A stretch of 64,000 nucleotides of DNA from the human T2T-CHM13v2.0 reference genome, Homo sapiens. A model generated the notes under the pieces. It saw only the letters and a list, made by a program, of their open reading frames with translations, did not search any database and was not told where the DNA came from. Position numbers and translations under genes: made by a program. How positions within the stretch are numbered: position 1 is the first letter of the stretch; the number at the start of each line of letters is the position of its first letter. The stretch lies in NCBI RefSeq assembly GCF_009914755.1, contig NC_060927.1; one strand, given 5' to 3'. Below, piece by piece: positions 15,017 through 27,805 of the stretch.

Positions 15017-15424
15017 TTTAATTCAAGAAAAATAATTTGTTATGTAATTTATTGGATGCTTACAGTCTATTTCATGGACAATTGGAAATGAGAGAAAAGG
15101 TTTTTGGCAATTACAAGTAAATTCATGCTTTATATTAAAATTTAATCCCCCAAATTAGGTTTTAGGTAATATAGTTATATCAGTTATAGAAACTGACAAA
15201 AAAATTAAATTTGCTAGTTATTATAACAACACTAATACAAAGTAAATTGCAATTTAAATATACAAAATATTTTTGATATACAGTAAAGTTTATGCCATTT
15301 GTGATGACAATCCAATATAAAACTAGATTATTAAATAATCCGGAGATTTTCTAACTAAATACACCAGATGCAGGTGTTCTTGTCAGATTCAATGATCAAC
15401 ATTGTTGAGGGCAAACTTCCAAAT
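15017..15424 (-). other. Candidate terminal exon
   Basis: Minus-strand acceptor ttttttttttcttttgttctgcctcctag|ATTTGG at 15424; downstream AATAAA (15053-15048) and ATTAAA (15022-15017). Confidence 0.3.
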
Positions 15425-15627
15425 CTAGGAGGCAGAACAAAAGAAAAAAAAAAACACATCTGGCAAAAAAAAAAAAAAAGTGTGTGAATTCTTTATCATT
15501 ATCAGTTCAGTTTTTTGCATTTTTTAATTTTATGTAAATTTTGCATTGGTTTTGTGTGTGTTTATACATCCACAAGAAACACATAACATGCTGAAATACA
15601 GATAAATTTGAACAGTCAGTGTATATG

Positions 15628-16480
15628 TCATTCATTCTTCCTTCCAACTACTGAGGAAACAAAGACTTTTTTTTCTGAGTGTCTATTTGGAATAGGCATT
15701 TGTCCATTTTCAGTGGATAAAACTAAAAGTCAGCATTCAATGTCTCAAAGTCCAGAAGGCAAGGCAGACTTAAAATAATACTTAAAATCTAGTGTAATAA
15801 GAGTGACTACTACTACTACACACACATATAATTACACATACATACACTATATATAGTGTGGGACAAAGAGAATTATAATTTCAGCTTTGCAATATGGACA
15901 AGGAAGTCTTCACAGAGAAAACAATATCACTTGAACTAACTAATATCACTTGAAATCTAACAGGAGAATTTCCAAGTACTTTAGGCAAGTGTTTACTCTG
16001 GGGAGGAGAAAAATCATGTGCAAAGGCAAAGAGGAGGAACATATGACCAGAGATGAATGAAGAAGAACAAGATAAATGGTTGAAGACAAAAGCAAAAGCA
16101 AAGATTAAATCATAAAATATTTTACAATTTTATGTAATGTGTTTGATATTTAGACTATGGTTATAAAACACCCCTGATTGAGGAAATCGATACCTTTGGA
16201 TAACAAAATCTGATTTTCCTTTTTGAAAATGTGTATGATAGCAGTAGGACTAATGAATTGAGTGTTCGTAGAGAAGAGACAGGGATTGAACTAGGAGGTT
16301 ACCACAGATTTTTACAAGATATGATGAAGGCCTACACTAAACCAGTGAAGAAAAGATGAAGAACAAACTATTTTGAAAAAATTGGTGGGCTATAGTCAGC
16401 AACTGTATGTGAAGTCAGGACAGGTAAGAAGGAAGATCCCCAGATGGTCCTATGAGTTCAGGTTTGGATAGGAAGATAGT
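15628..16480 (-). mobile_element. L2 fragment
   Basis: tcattcattc 3' tail followed by purine-rich antisense L2 sequence (ggaagtcttcacagag, tgtgcaaaggcaaagagg). Confidence 0.65.
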
Positions 16481-17333
16481 ATCATTTTTTAGTCCAAATC
16501 AGAAAACTTATAAAGGTGAAAGTAGATTATAAAATAATCAAACTTTGTAATGTTGACATTTATCTATTAATGATTTTGTTGATTTTTATGCTGTTGAACA
16601 TATAAAAAATCTTTTATTCAAAAACTATTTTTTAAAATTTTGTACAAATAAAATTATGTATACTAATAAAAACGTATACCTGTGTATATCAAAGCAAAGC
16701 AAAATGTTAAAAATTACTTTAAAATTTAGGTGGAAAGATTATATTTGACTCATATTCACATGCTTTTGGCAATTTCTTAGCCATATCTGTCTCTAAAATC
16801 AAGTCACTAAAGAATGTATGTTCAGATGCTCCTCGTAATTTCCTACATAGTTGCACTTTAAGGCTAATAAATTTGAAATGGTTTATTGATGCTATTGTTT
16901 CTATTGTTACGGTTCTGCAGGCCAAAAATATATATTTTTAATTGAGAAAATTCTTCTATATTTTTCCTAAGGTTTCAGTAAGCTCAGGGTTAATTCTACC
17001 AAATTAATTATATTCTTCATTCTATCTTTTTATTGAAACATTTAAAAATTTCAGTCTACATATTTTAACTGGCACTGCCATTTTGCTTTTATTCAGAATA
17101 ACTTTCTTCAATAAATATTTTTATGTAACAACACCCATCAAATAAGGTGATCCTATGGTTCTTTTATAAGTCTTGCCAAATTTAGATGCTACAAAAAGCA
17201 AAGGGCTCAATTTCATTCCATTTGGGTAAATAATATTAATTTATTCAATTTCTTAAAAAAGCACCTTCAGAACTTTCTCTCAGAAGAGAGGTTGTTCTGT
17301 AGATCAAGTGTAGATTTTGAAAAGTAAATTATG

Positions 17334-17664
17334 GGCCAGCACAGTGTCTCACACTTGTAATCCCAATGCTTTGGGAGGCTGAGTAGGGAGGACTGCTTGA
17401 AGCCAGGAGTTCCTGACTAGCGGGGCAACATAGTGAGACCCTGTCTCTCCAACAACAACAAACAACCACAAATTAGCTGGGCATGGCGGCACATGCCTAT
17501 GAATCCTTGCTACTACAGAGGCTGAGTGGGGAGGGTGGGAGAATCACCTGAGCTTAGGAGTTTGAGGTTACAGTGAGATATGATTGTACCCCTACACTGT
17601 AGCCTGGGTGACAGAGCAAGACCCTGGCTCTAAAAAATAAATGAGTAAATAAATATGTAAATAA
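17334..17664 (+). mobile_element. AluJ
   Basis: Diverged dimer with J features (gcaacatagtgagaccctgtctct, aggagtttgaggttacagtgag). Confidence 0.92.
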
Positions 17665-17727
17665 ATTGTGTACACTGAACTCTCATCATCAAATTTTCTA
17701 ATTTTGTTTGTTTGTTTCTGTGGACGT

Positions 17728-18083
17728 TTTAGTCAATTCTGCAGATGTCTGCTATCACAAAAAATGGACAGTGGGTTAAAAACAATAGAAATGTATAAAT
17801 GCATTTTTCACAGTTCTGGAGGCTGGGAGTTTGAGATCAGAGTGCCAGCATATTTGGGCTCTGATGAGGTTACAGACTGTCAACTCATTGAATCCTCACG
17901 TGACAAAGAATGCTAGAGAGCTCTCTGAAGTTTATTTTATAAGAACACTAACTCTATTCATGAGGACTTCACCCTCATGACCTAAACACTTCCCAAAGGC
18001 CTATATCTTTTAATAGCATTGCATTGGGGGTTAGGTTTTCAACCTATAAATTCTGGGGGAATGTAAGCATTCAGTTCATAACA
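17728..18083 (-). mobile_element. MLT1A-like MaLR LTR
   Basis: tcacagttctggaggctgggagtttgagatcag...cctcatgacctaaacacttcccaaaggcc...cattcagttcataaca. Confidence 0.82.
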
Positions 18084-18184
18084 ATAGAGAAAAGTGCTAT
18101 TCTTTTTTTTTTTTCCATTTAACTTCCTCAGAATTTATTCTGTGTATTCCATACCTTTCCAATTAATATAAAACATGAATGCCA

Positions 18185-18744
18185 TTTTTTTAACCTTTAT
18201 TTTAAGTTCAGGGGTAGATGGACAGGTTTGTTACATAGGTAAGATTGTGTCGTGGAGGATTGTTGTAAACAGATTATTTGATTACCCATGTATTAAGGAT
18301 AGTACCCATTAGTAATTTTTCCTTATCCTCTCCTTCCTTTCTCTCTCTACCCTCAAAATGCAAATCAAAGCAACAATGAGATACCATCTCACACCAGTCA
18401 GAATGGCTATTATTAAAAAGTCAAAAAGTTGCAAATGCTGGTGAGGTTGTGAAAAAAAAGGAACTCTTTTACACAGTTGGTGGCAGTGTACATTAGTTCA
18501 ACCATTGTGGCAGACAGTGTAGCAATTCCTCAAAGACCTAAAAACAGAAATACCATTTGACCCAACAATCCCACTACTGAGTATATACTCATAGAAATAT
18601 AAATTACTCTTTTATAAAGACACATGCATGTGTATATTCATTGCAGCACTATTCGCAATAACAAAGACATGGAATAAACCAAAATACCCATCAATGACAG
18701 ACTGGATATAGAAAATGTGTTACACATACACCATGGAATACTAT
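18185..18744 (-). mobile_element. Short older primate L1 (L1PA13-16/L1PB-like) with 5' inversion
   Basis: 18185-18355 is the antisense 3' terminus (tttattttaagttcaggggta); 18356-18744 is the sense ORF2 end (aaatgcaaatcaaagcaacaatgagatacc...caccatggaatactat). Confidence 0.88.
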
Positions 18745-20477
18745 TCTATTTCCAATTTTTAATTTCAATAATTTCAATTTTCTGTGTCAATGTTGATATT
18801 TTGGGTAATTTTATTAGATTTTCAACATAAAAAAAGTTTTTTAAATGTAACTGGATAAAAAATAGGTATGCGAGGCCCAGAAAAATAAATAAATAAATAA
18901 ATAACAAATTTAGAAAAACCATTCACAACACAATTCAATACCATGGTAGGACACTTAGATTGGCTTACAAGATTGTTTAGTAAAGGTTAAACTATTTCCA
19001 TAATTTAATTGATGATAAGCAGCAAAGAGAGAAAGTGTGAAGCTTCATTTTAATGTGTATGTGTGTTTGTGTGTCTATATAGAAGCTGTGGTATATAGCT
19101 TGGTATATTAGGCTGGTAAAATCTTACAACTTGTTGGGATTTAATAGAACCAATTCCAAATATATTTATATTTCATGTATTTCTTAATTCTCTATCATGA
19201 ATTTTGATCCACAAACATTTATATTTTTATTTCCCTAAAACATATCATTTTAGTCTTCAAGGTTGAAATTCTAACTATTCAGAATAATATTCAATAATTC
19301 TCTGATGTTTTACCATTGAAAAATTAACTTCTAAAAGTTTTAGTGTCCATGAGTTACATGAAAATATAACTACTATTGTGCTAATAAAACTTTTTATTTG
19401 AAATAACTGTTGAGACTAATTTGAACCACACGTCATTTAACTGTTTGCAAAGTTTTTTCAGAAATAGCCCTACTCCATAAACAGTTGTCCCTATACTGTT
19501 TTCATGCATGCAAGAAAACTTGAGATTGAAAAAGAAGAACAATAATTTTGAGTAGTCATTTAATCTAAATGAAAAGTCACATTCCATTGAAACCTGTTTT
19601 CCATGACTATATGAATTAAACCAAAATCTACTAATACTGACATGGTTTCCTTTTTAAAAGTACTAATTGTTAAACTCATGCTGATATTTTTTTCTGAAGA
19701 TTTATGACCTAGCTTTTGTGGGGTTTTTAATATTTCTATGGCCCCACATATGTTAGATGAGAAATATCAACAGATATTTTGTGCAAGTTATATGTTCATT
19801 ATCAATTGTTATTACTGAATTTTTTATTAAACACCTATTCTTCAGAATTAAATGTTTTTGGTTCATTGCTGCTAAAAAGAGTTTATTGCAAAATGAATGT
19901 GCAATCAATGAAACAATTAGTTGTCAATATTCAGCATAAAATACATGATATCATCTTCAGCCTCTATTTTTTACACATATTTCATGTACATATACTTTCC
20001 TACATTCTATATAGCCCTTACTTAAGTGGAGGCTTAGCAATTTGAAACTCACAGGCTATGGGACAAGACAGACACACGTGGCTGGGACATGTTATTTTTT
20101 GTCTTTTTAATAACGACTATTCCAACTGGTGTAAGTTGATTTCTCAACATGATTTTAATTTGCCTTTATCTGTTGATTAGCAATGTTGAGCATTTATTTT
20201 TACGACTGTGGAACATATAGGTGGCAATGCACAGGAGATATTTGAAAACACTAATTTGCAGTGCAGGGGAGTGCTGAAATATAGAAATATAAATTTTAAA
20301 TTTTTCAGCATATGGGCAGTCAATGCAACCACTTGAGATGAAAGATCTGGTAAGGCATTTTTAGCATCAATATTTGTTGAACACATTATTGGCAATTTCT
20401 AGAGATAGGATGAATGGCATTTGTTTACACATTGATGACAAACGAGAAAATATAATGTCATTACTATAAATGACTTG

Positions 20478-20981
20478 TGTATCAGTTTCCTGTTGCTGCT
20501 GTAACAAATTATCACAAACTTTGTGGTTTAAAACAACAGAAATATATTCTCTCATGGTTTTGGATGCTCAAAATATGTCCAAAGTATGTACTACTGGGTT
20601 TAAATCAAGATGGCTATATTCTCTCTGGAGGCTCAAGGGGAGATTTTGTTCCTTGCCTCTCTCAACTTCTAATGGCTGCAGACATTTCTTGGCTCAAATC
20701 TGTGTCACTCTAGTCATGGCTTTGGTCATCACATTACCTTCTTATTTTCTTCCTCTGCTGTAAAATATCCCTCTACTTCCCTTTTATAAGGACGCATGTG
20801 ATTCCATTTAGAGCCCACTTTGTTAATCCCTGATAATGTCTCCACCTCAAGATCTTTAATGTAATCACATCTACATAATCTTTTGTTGTCAGATAAAATA
20901 ACATTCACAGGTTCCAGAAATTAGGGTATGGATATCTTTTTTGGGGGTTTGGGGAGGAGGCTGGTTATTATCAGCCTACTA
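20478..20981 (-). mobile_element. MLT1C/D-like MaLR LTR
   Basis: tgtatcagtttcctgttgctgctgtaacaaattatcacaaac...acattcacaggttccagaaattaggg. Confidence 0.85.
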
Positions 20982-21080
20982 TGATTTTATGTTTCTAATC
21001 AACATGAAGACAGGAATTTTTTATTCTATCTATATCATCGCTCCTGAAATTTAGGTATTCAGAGAAATATAAATGTGCTA

Positions 21081-21240
21081 TTTTTTTTTAAGAGTTGGGA
21101 TCTCACTATGTTGCCCAGATTAGAGTGCAGTGGCTTTTCACAGGTGTGATCATAGTGCACTACCGCCTCAAACTGGCAAGTCATCATCCTTCCTTAGCCT
21201 CCTGTAGCTGGGATTTCAGGCATGCACCACTGTGCCTGGC
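21081..21240 (-). mobile_element. FAM (fossil Alu monomer)
   Basis: Monomer keeping the 7SL-derived segment gagtgcagtggcttttcacaggtgtgatcatagtgcactac, which dimeric Alus lack. Confidence 0.8.
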
Positions 21241-21269
21241 TAAATACTCTATTTTGTAATGTATAAAAC

Positions 21270-21556
21270 TGTGCTATTCATTAGAGTAGCCACTAACCAC
21301 CTGAAGCAACTGAGCAATTAAAATATAGCTAGTCAGAAATGAGATATACTATAAGTGTAAAATATACATCATATTTGGAAGACTTGGTACAAGAAATATA
21401 ATGTAAAATATCTCAACTTTTTGATTAATTAAATGACTTTTTTTATATATTGTACTAAAATATATTAGTGAAGTTAATTTTACTTTTTTCAATATGGCTA
21501 CTAAAAAATTTAAAATTACATATGAAATTCACATTATATTTCAACTACACAGCACT
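21270..21556. mobile_element. MER33-like DNA transposon, opposite orientation to the 7618 copy
   Basis: gtagccactaaccacctg...tatggctactaaaaaatttaaaattacatatg. Confidence 0.72.
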
Positions 21557-21746
21557 AGTCTAGAATGTGCATGTTTAAATCTTTTCATTATATAGAGAAA
21601 TGGTTTCTTTATAAATAATTAAAATTCCCGAAAGTTGCACACCAAGTTAGTTAAATGCTCGTCTTTAAAAATTCTATGGCTGTATCTTGCTCTATTGTAA
21701 TCCATATTCATTCAAACTATGAACTTCTGTTTTCTCCATTTTACAG

Positions 21747-21911
21747 CAACAAACCGGCAGGACTTCCTGTGAAATCATGACCACCATGTGCTCTTTCAGC
21801 CTCTATCAGTTCCTACCTCTAAGCACCTGAGAGCCAAAGCAAACCACAGGAAACCACAGGTACTAACTCTTTTAGACCTGATGAAGTGTCTCCCAAATAC
21901 AGTCTGGCATG
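21747..21911 (+). other. Candidate non-coding exon overlapping an ETS/RUNX motif cluster
   Basis: Acceptor ttctgttttctccattttacag| and donor ATG|gtgagt; 165 nt with stops in all frames. Confidence 0.35.
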
Positions 21912-23319
21912 GTGAGTACTGGAGTAACTGGCAATCTTTTAGAATGGAGAGAAAATAAGAAATTGGGAAAAATTTGGCATTTGCTTTCAATAGAGATCAG
22001 ATTCTGACCTCTGGAAAGAAGAAATAAGGGAAAATGTTTATGATGGGGAAGGATCAAAGGGGAACTTGTGGGAAAGGAAGAGGCTGCCAGAAAAGGAGTT
22101 TTGAGATCTGAAAAGAGACTTGTGTATGTCTGAGGGAAGAGTTGGAGAGAGGTAACCAGGGGAGAAAATCTGGGAAGTTTTGAGCAGTGAAGATCTGATG
22201 AGATGGAAAAGGAGAAAGGACACTAATATTTATTAGGCCTCTATTGTATACCTGCACATAGGTTATTCAAATACATGTACAGTATTCATTTTTGGAGGCA
22301 AAAATTGAGGTACAGAAAAATAAAATTATTTCGCTAAGGTCACACAACTATTAGGGATCAAAGGCAAGTTTAGGATCCATTGATCAGTGGGTGGATATCC
22401 TTTTAGAGTGTTAAAGCTAGATTAAAGTGTGAATCTGCAAGGGTAAAAAATGGGCAAATGACTTTGAGTAATTTGAGAAAAGTTGAGTCATTTCAATGAT
22501 AGTCTGTGTGTAATCCGGGTTGGGAAAGTGAAAGCAGGGGGAAGCAGGGCAGGGAAGTGTTTGTACTTGGAACTGTCCGTAACAACTGTGGGAATACTAA
22601 CACACTGAAAGCCCCCAGAAGAAATGGGATATTGGTTAGCCTCGTAACTAGGCAAAGTTTTGAACTTGACCAGTTCCTTGACATCCCACTGTAGTTCTAT
22701 AGGTCAAAGCATAGACCTTTGGAGTTTTATATACTTGCCCATAAAAAATATCAGCATATTTGAACTTCAAACTCTCACAGATCTGATGGAAATATACGCA
22801 ATAGAGATCAGTTCAAGTTTTAGTAAGTTCATCTCTAAAACTGAAGGTAACATGAATCACCTTGCCTTCAGAATTTCTAGCTCTGTAATTTGCAATTTAT
22901 ACTATTCCTTTTAGAAATTATTTCATTCTCATTTCTCCTAGAACCTTCAAGGGTTCAAACATCTATTCTTCAAATATTCACATTTTCTTCATTTCAGTAG
23001 GCTCTTCCAACCATGGACTACAGGATAAATTATTTTATTGATGCCCTTCCCTGATACACTATTGGATTCTAATCACTTAAGCATTGCATCTATGAGTACA
23101 TGGACATAATGGCTGCTGGTGGGAGGCTGAGAGAGTAACCCCTGGTGGGAGTGGTGGGAGGTTGGTGATGGGAGTGGGGAAAAACGAAAAAAATCTTACA
23201 CTCTAACAGGCTTGGCTCACCATAATTTACAAAGTCCTAGTATAAGTTTTATTCTTGCTGCTCTTTAGCAGCCTTTTTTTTATTCTTTTATTAACTGCTC
23301 TGGGTATTTCCTATTCTGA

Positions 23320-23677
<358 letters not shown>

Positions 23678-24348
23678 TATCCTTCTTTCTTCTAGCTGTT
23701 AATCTTGCCTTTCATTCAGCCAAAATCAAGACACTTGGCCCAGGCTTTCTCATTTCACCTTCTCATTTTAATCGATCACTATCTCTACATGAAGATCTTT
23801 TCATCTTTCCCAATGTTTGTGGAAAAGAAAGCACTCAAACCCCTTTTTGTTTTCCTAAAAAGGTAATTGTCAGTATTTACTTTTCTTCTATCATCTTTAA
23901 TTCTTTTTTTCTGTTGACTCTTCTTTCCATGTCTGATGATGGTTAAAGTTTTTTTTTTTTAAGCTTTGGTAAATCAACAGGAGAAATAATGTATTATTCT
24001 TTAAATTAGCCTTTCTTGAATTAGGTGATTGAATATTTAAATGTTTAGCAGTCATTTCTTTACCCAGTGAATTGTCTTTTGAAATTTCATACTCCTTTTC
24101 CTAATTGTATATTAGATAAATTTTGCAATTTTTTTTGACCTTGTTTATAAATTAATGTTAAGCATTTGTCTGTAATATTTGTGACAAATATTTTTCTGTT
24201 TATTGCCTTTAGTAATGTTTAAAAAATGTTAGATATTTTAAAAGTTTAGTTATATTTATCACACTGGTCACCATTTCCCATTGTGATATCTTTAAGTGCT
24301 TATATGCTTAGAGTGTCATTTGCTGTCTGTATTTCAGACTAAGATGTA

Positions 24349-24705
24349 CAGGCATTCAATGTTTACAGTTAGGCGTACATTCTGAGAAAGGCATGGGTAA
24401 ATTATTTTGGTATGCAGGCACCATAGAGTCTACATACACAAACTTAGATGTTGTAGCCTGCAACACACCTAGGCTATATAGCATAGCTTATTACTCCTAG
24501 TCTACAAACCTATACAGCATGTTACTATAATGGATACTGTAGACAACTGTAACACAATGGTAGGTATTTGTGTATCTAATCATATCTAAACACAGAAATG
24601 GTACAGAAAAATATAGTATTATATTATGGTATCATATATGACATTTTATGGTGTCATATATGTAGTTTGTTGTTGACTAAAATATCACTCTTTAACACAT
24701 GACTA
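24349..24705. mobile_element. Tigger3a/MER7-like DNA transposon
   Basis: cacacctaggctatatagcatagcttattactcctagtctacaaacctatacagcatgttact. Confidence 0.85.
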
Positions 24706-26254
24706 TCCTTTTATGTTATTTCTGTTTTTATTTTATTATGTTAAAGTTTTGAATGCATGCGTATTTATTTTACCCTTTCTCGTAATATTACCAAATTATC
24801 TGAGATCATGATAATTGAAGTCTTGAAATCTTCTTTGACTTGTCTAGCTTAACTCATATGCCATATCATTAATTTAGAAACTGTAATTTTCAAAAATTAA
24901 ATCAAATTTGAGCTGAGCCATTCCATTAGATGATAGCCATAGTAAAGATAAGGATCATGTCATAGTTGTATCCTCAGCACATAGTATAATCCTTGATGTA
25001 TTATTTATTATTGTATGTAATACAATAATAGGCTTTCAATAAATGTTTGCTGAATTGGATTACAAAATTGGGTTATCATGTTAAATCAATGTCATGGTAA
25101 TTATTTTGTGTATATAATGCAATGCAATGTTTTCCTGAAACTATGCTTTTAACCAAGCCAACTTGTATATCATTCACTTGTCCTCATTCCTTACTTTTAT
25201 ATTCTTTCTTCTTTCTATCCAGCTTCAGACAATGTTGGCATAGTCTCTTTTCTATTTCTCATCTTAGAATTCAGCTGCCTAATTGAAAGGGCAAATATTT
25301 ATCCAGTGACTCTTCTTTCTGACCAGTTTGGACAACCAACCAACTTCAGTCCCTAAGACTCCCTATCTGCATGGGATTTTCTATAAAACTGGCTTTATGC
25401 ATTTGTAAATATGGCAGTCCTATTTCCCCAAAAGTCTCTACATTTTGAATTTTCTTACATTAGCTGCAGTAAGGAAAACTCAAAGAAATGGTTGTCTGAA
25501 TAATTGCTTATTGAGCATACATTTTATTATACGACAATCATTTAAATAGTGCTAATTCAAGCAAAGACCAGAAGGGGTTTAAGATTCCTAGGAAATCCTT
25601 AAGCAGATTTCATTTGCTAAAGAGTGAAATTTTATGGTTAATACATAAACTGTAAAAAATTAAAAAGGAAAGGATGGCATTGGAAGAAAAACAGTCACAT
25701 GTCCTGGTATTATTTTTCTTAATATTGGAAAACAGCTTCCTATGTAGTCAGTTGGTCAAGTTTTGTAAGAGTATGTAGGTTGAGTTTATAATTTAAAACT
25801 TCCTGAAGCAAATATAAAGAATGGAGATGAAAGACGTACAGTCAAAATGCAAGAAACTGAACAAGAAAGTAACATGAAGATATAGATAAACTTAAGTACC
25901 AGGCACATTGCCTTCTATAGTTTTTTTTTTTTTTAGAAATAGACTTCAGAAAACATATGTGTATGTGTTGTTTTAAGGCCACTGAGAAGAAAAATAATGG
26001 GTTAGAAATTAAAACTGTTTTGGTAAGCCATAAAACAAGATTTGTAGAAAGAACTGGGGGTATGAGACCTCAATGTTTTATTTAAGGCCATCCCTATTCA
26101 TTTTCATCCATAAGCCAGGCAAATAAAAACAGCATAGACGTATATCTAACCCTGTATAACCCTGAGCTGACATTCTTGTAGGAACCATGCCTGTTTACAG
26201 TTTCTGTGTTTAGTAAGAACGTTATAGTTGTATAACATCTCTCTATGGCTCTTT

Positions 26255-26490
26255 GCAAATAATAGTAGCTACCATTTATTAAACACCCACTGCATGACAG
26301 ATAATGTGCTAGTTTCCTAAACCAGGTTTCATTTTATCTTCACAGAAATCTTATGATATAATACAAGTGTAATATACATTTTACAGATGAGGAGACTGAG
26401 GTTTAAGTATATCAGCTGATGGCTGAAAGTCACATAAATATAAATGACAGAGCTGGGTATTGAAGTTAAGAAATACAATTTTTGAATCTG
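26255..26490 (-). mobile_element. MIR
   Basis: aatagtagctaccatttattaaacac...cattttacagatgaggagactgaggt. Confidence 0.85.
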
Positions 26491-26747
26491 CTACTATAAA
26501 ACAAAACCTAATTATCAAGACACATAAGATCCAACTTCCAAAATTAGTAACATCAAAATTACTGGGTATGTTGACTATTTGTGTTTATAGGTTTAATAAC
26601 TTATTCTTTCTACCACAGATTTAATAATTACACTTATAAGATATATTACATATTTGTTTGCATTAGTAAGTTGTATAATAATAATAATAATTTATACTTT
26701 TTTGATGACTCTGCATCACGACGATCATCAGTGAAAGTGATGGAAGA

Positions 26748-27039
26748 AGCCAGGTGTGATAGCTCACGCCTGTAATCCTAGCACTTTGGGAGGTCCAGGG
26801 GGGTGGATCACCTGAGGTCAAAAGTTCAAGACCAGCCTGGCCAACATGGCGAAACCCTGTCTCTACAAAAAAATACAAAAATTAGCTGGGCCTGGTGGTG
26901 TGAGCCTGTAATCCCAGCTATTCACAAGGCTGAGACAGGAGAATCACTTGAACCCAGGTGGCCGAGGTTTCAATGAGCTATCATGCCACTGCACTCCAGC
27001 CTGGGCAACAAAGTGAGACTCATCTCAAAAGAAAAAGAA
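26748..27039 (+). mobile_element. AluS with 15-bp TSD
   Basis: Full dimer; gaaagtgatggaaga (26733-26747) versus gaaaatgatggaaga (27040-27054). Confidence 0.96.
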
Positions 27040-27198
27040 GAAAATGATGGAAGATAATAGTTCATTGGAAAAAATCTAAGTGATATTAAAGTTATATCTT
27101 CTGGATCTCAAGAATAAAGTTATAACCTCATGGCTTTTCAGTGACACTTTATTGTAAATGTAGGAATTAATAAGCCCTGTCAAATAGGTGTCTTTATG

Positions 27199-27805
27199 TG
27201 TTGGGGTGATCAGACCCAACACCAGGCTGTGTGGGCTACAAAGTCTGGCGGAGTCAAAGGAATGAGAAAAGACAAGTTAAGAGTGCATAAAGTGGGTCCA
27301 GGGGGCCAACACTAGATTGGAGTCTGTGAAGTCCCCAAACTCTGGGAGCCAACACTATTTATTGGTGATCAAACAAAGAAGCAGGTGGTGAGGATGTGAG
27401 GGTAAACAGGTGAGGGCGTGAGGACATGGAGGGTAGAAAGGTAGTGGTGCATCAAGCGTAGCTGTGATGGTTTAGCATTTTCTTTGACGCATATAGAATA
27501 TGCTCTGTTGCTTGAGATAATAGAGAACATGTTTACGAGCCTGGGAGAGCAACCAACAGGTCTGTGCACATTCCAGATGCCACAAGGGGTTTTATGCCCT
27601 GAGCCCTGGGTTCCATTCAAGCCACGAGGGGTTTTATGCCCTGGCCTTAGATTTGTGGTGCAGCAGGGCAGCCTTCCACTCTTTGGCACAGAGCTTGGTG
27701 TTCCAAAGGCCACGAGGGGTTTTAGACCCTGGACCCCAGACATCTTCCAAGACTCTTTTATATTATGACAGACAAGCCAGACCTGCCTCAGCTCTTCCAC
27801 CAACA
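27199..27805 (-). mobile_element. ERV-K LTR14-family solo LTR (probably LTR14B)
   Basis: 607 bp with TG...CA ends; minus-strand 3' end tgttgggtctgatcaccccaaca; AATAAA present; TSD ttatg at 27194-27198 and 27806-27810. Confidence 0.85.

Noticed and set aside
16719-16925. Protein-like minus-strand ORF with ctgcag acceptor (also 19381-19587)
   Set aside because: Modest splice signals, an in-frame stop before any good donor, and no recognised homology.
7618-21556. Inverted MER33 pair as the ends of a 14-kb transposon
   Set aside because: Two independent ancient non-autonomous copies; no transposase and no shared TSD.
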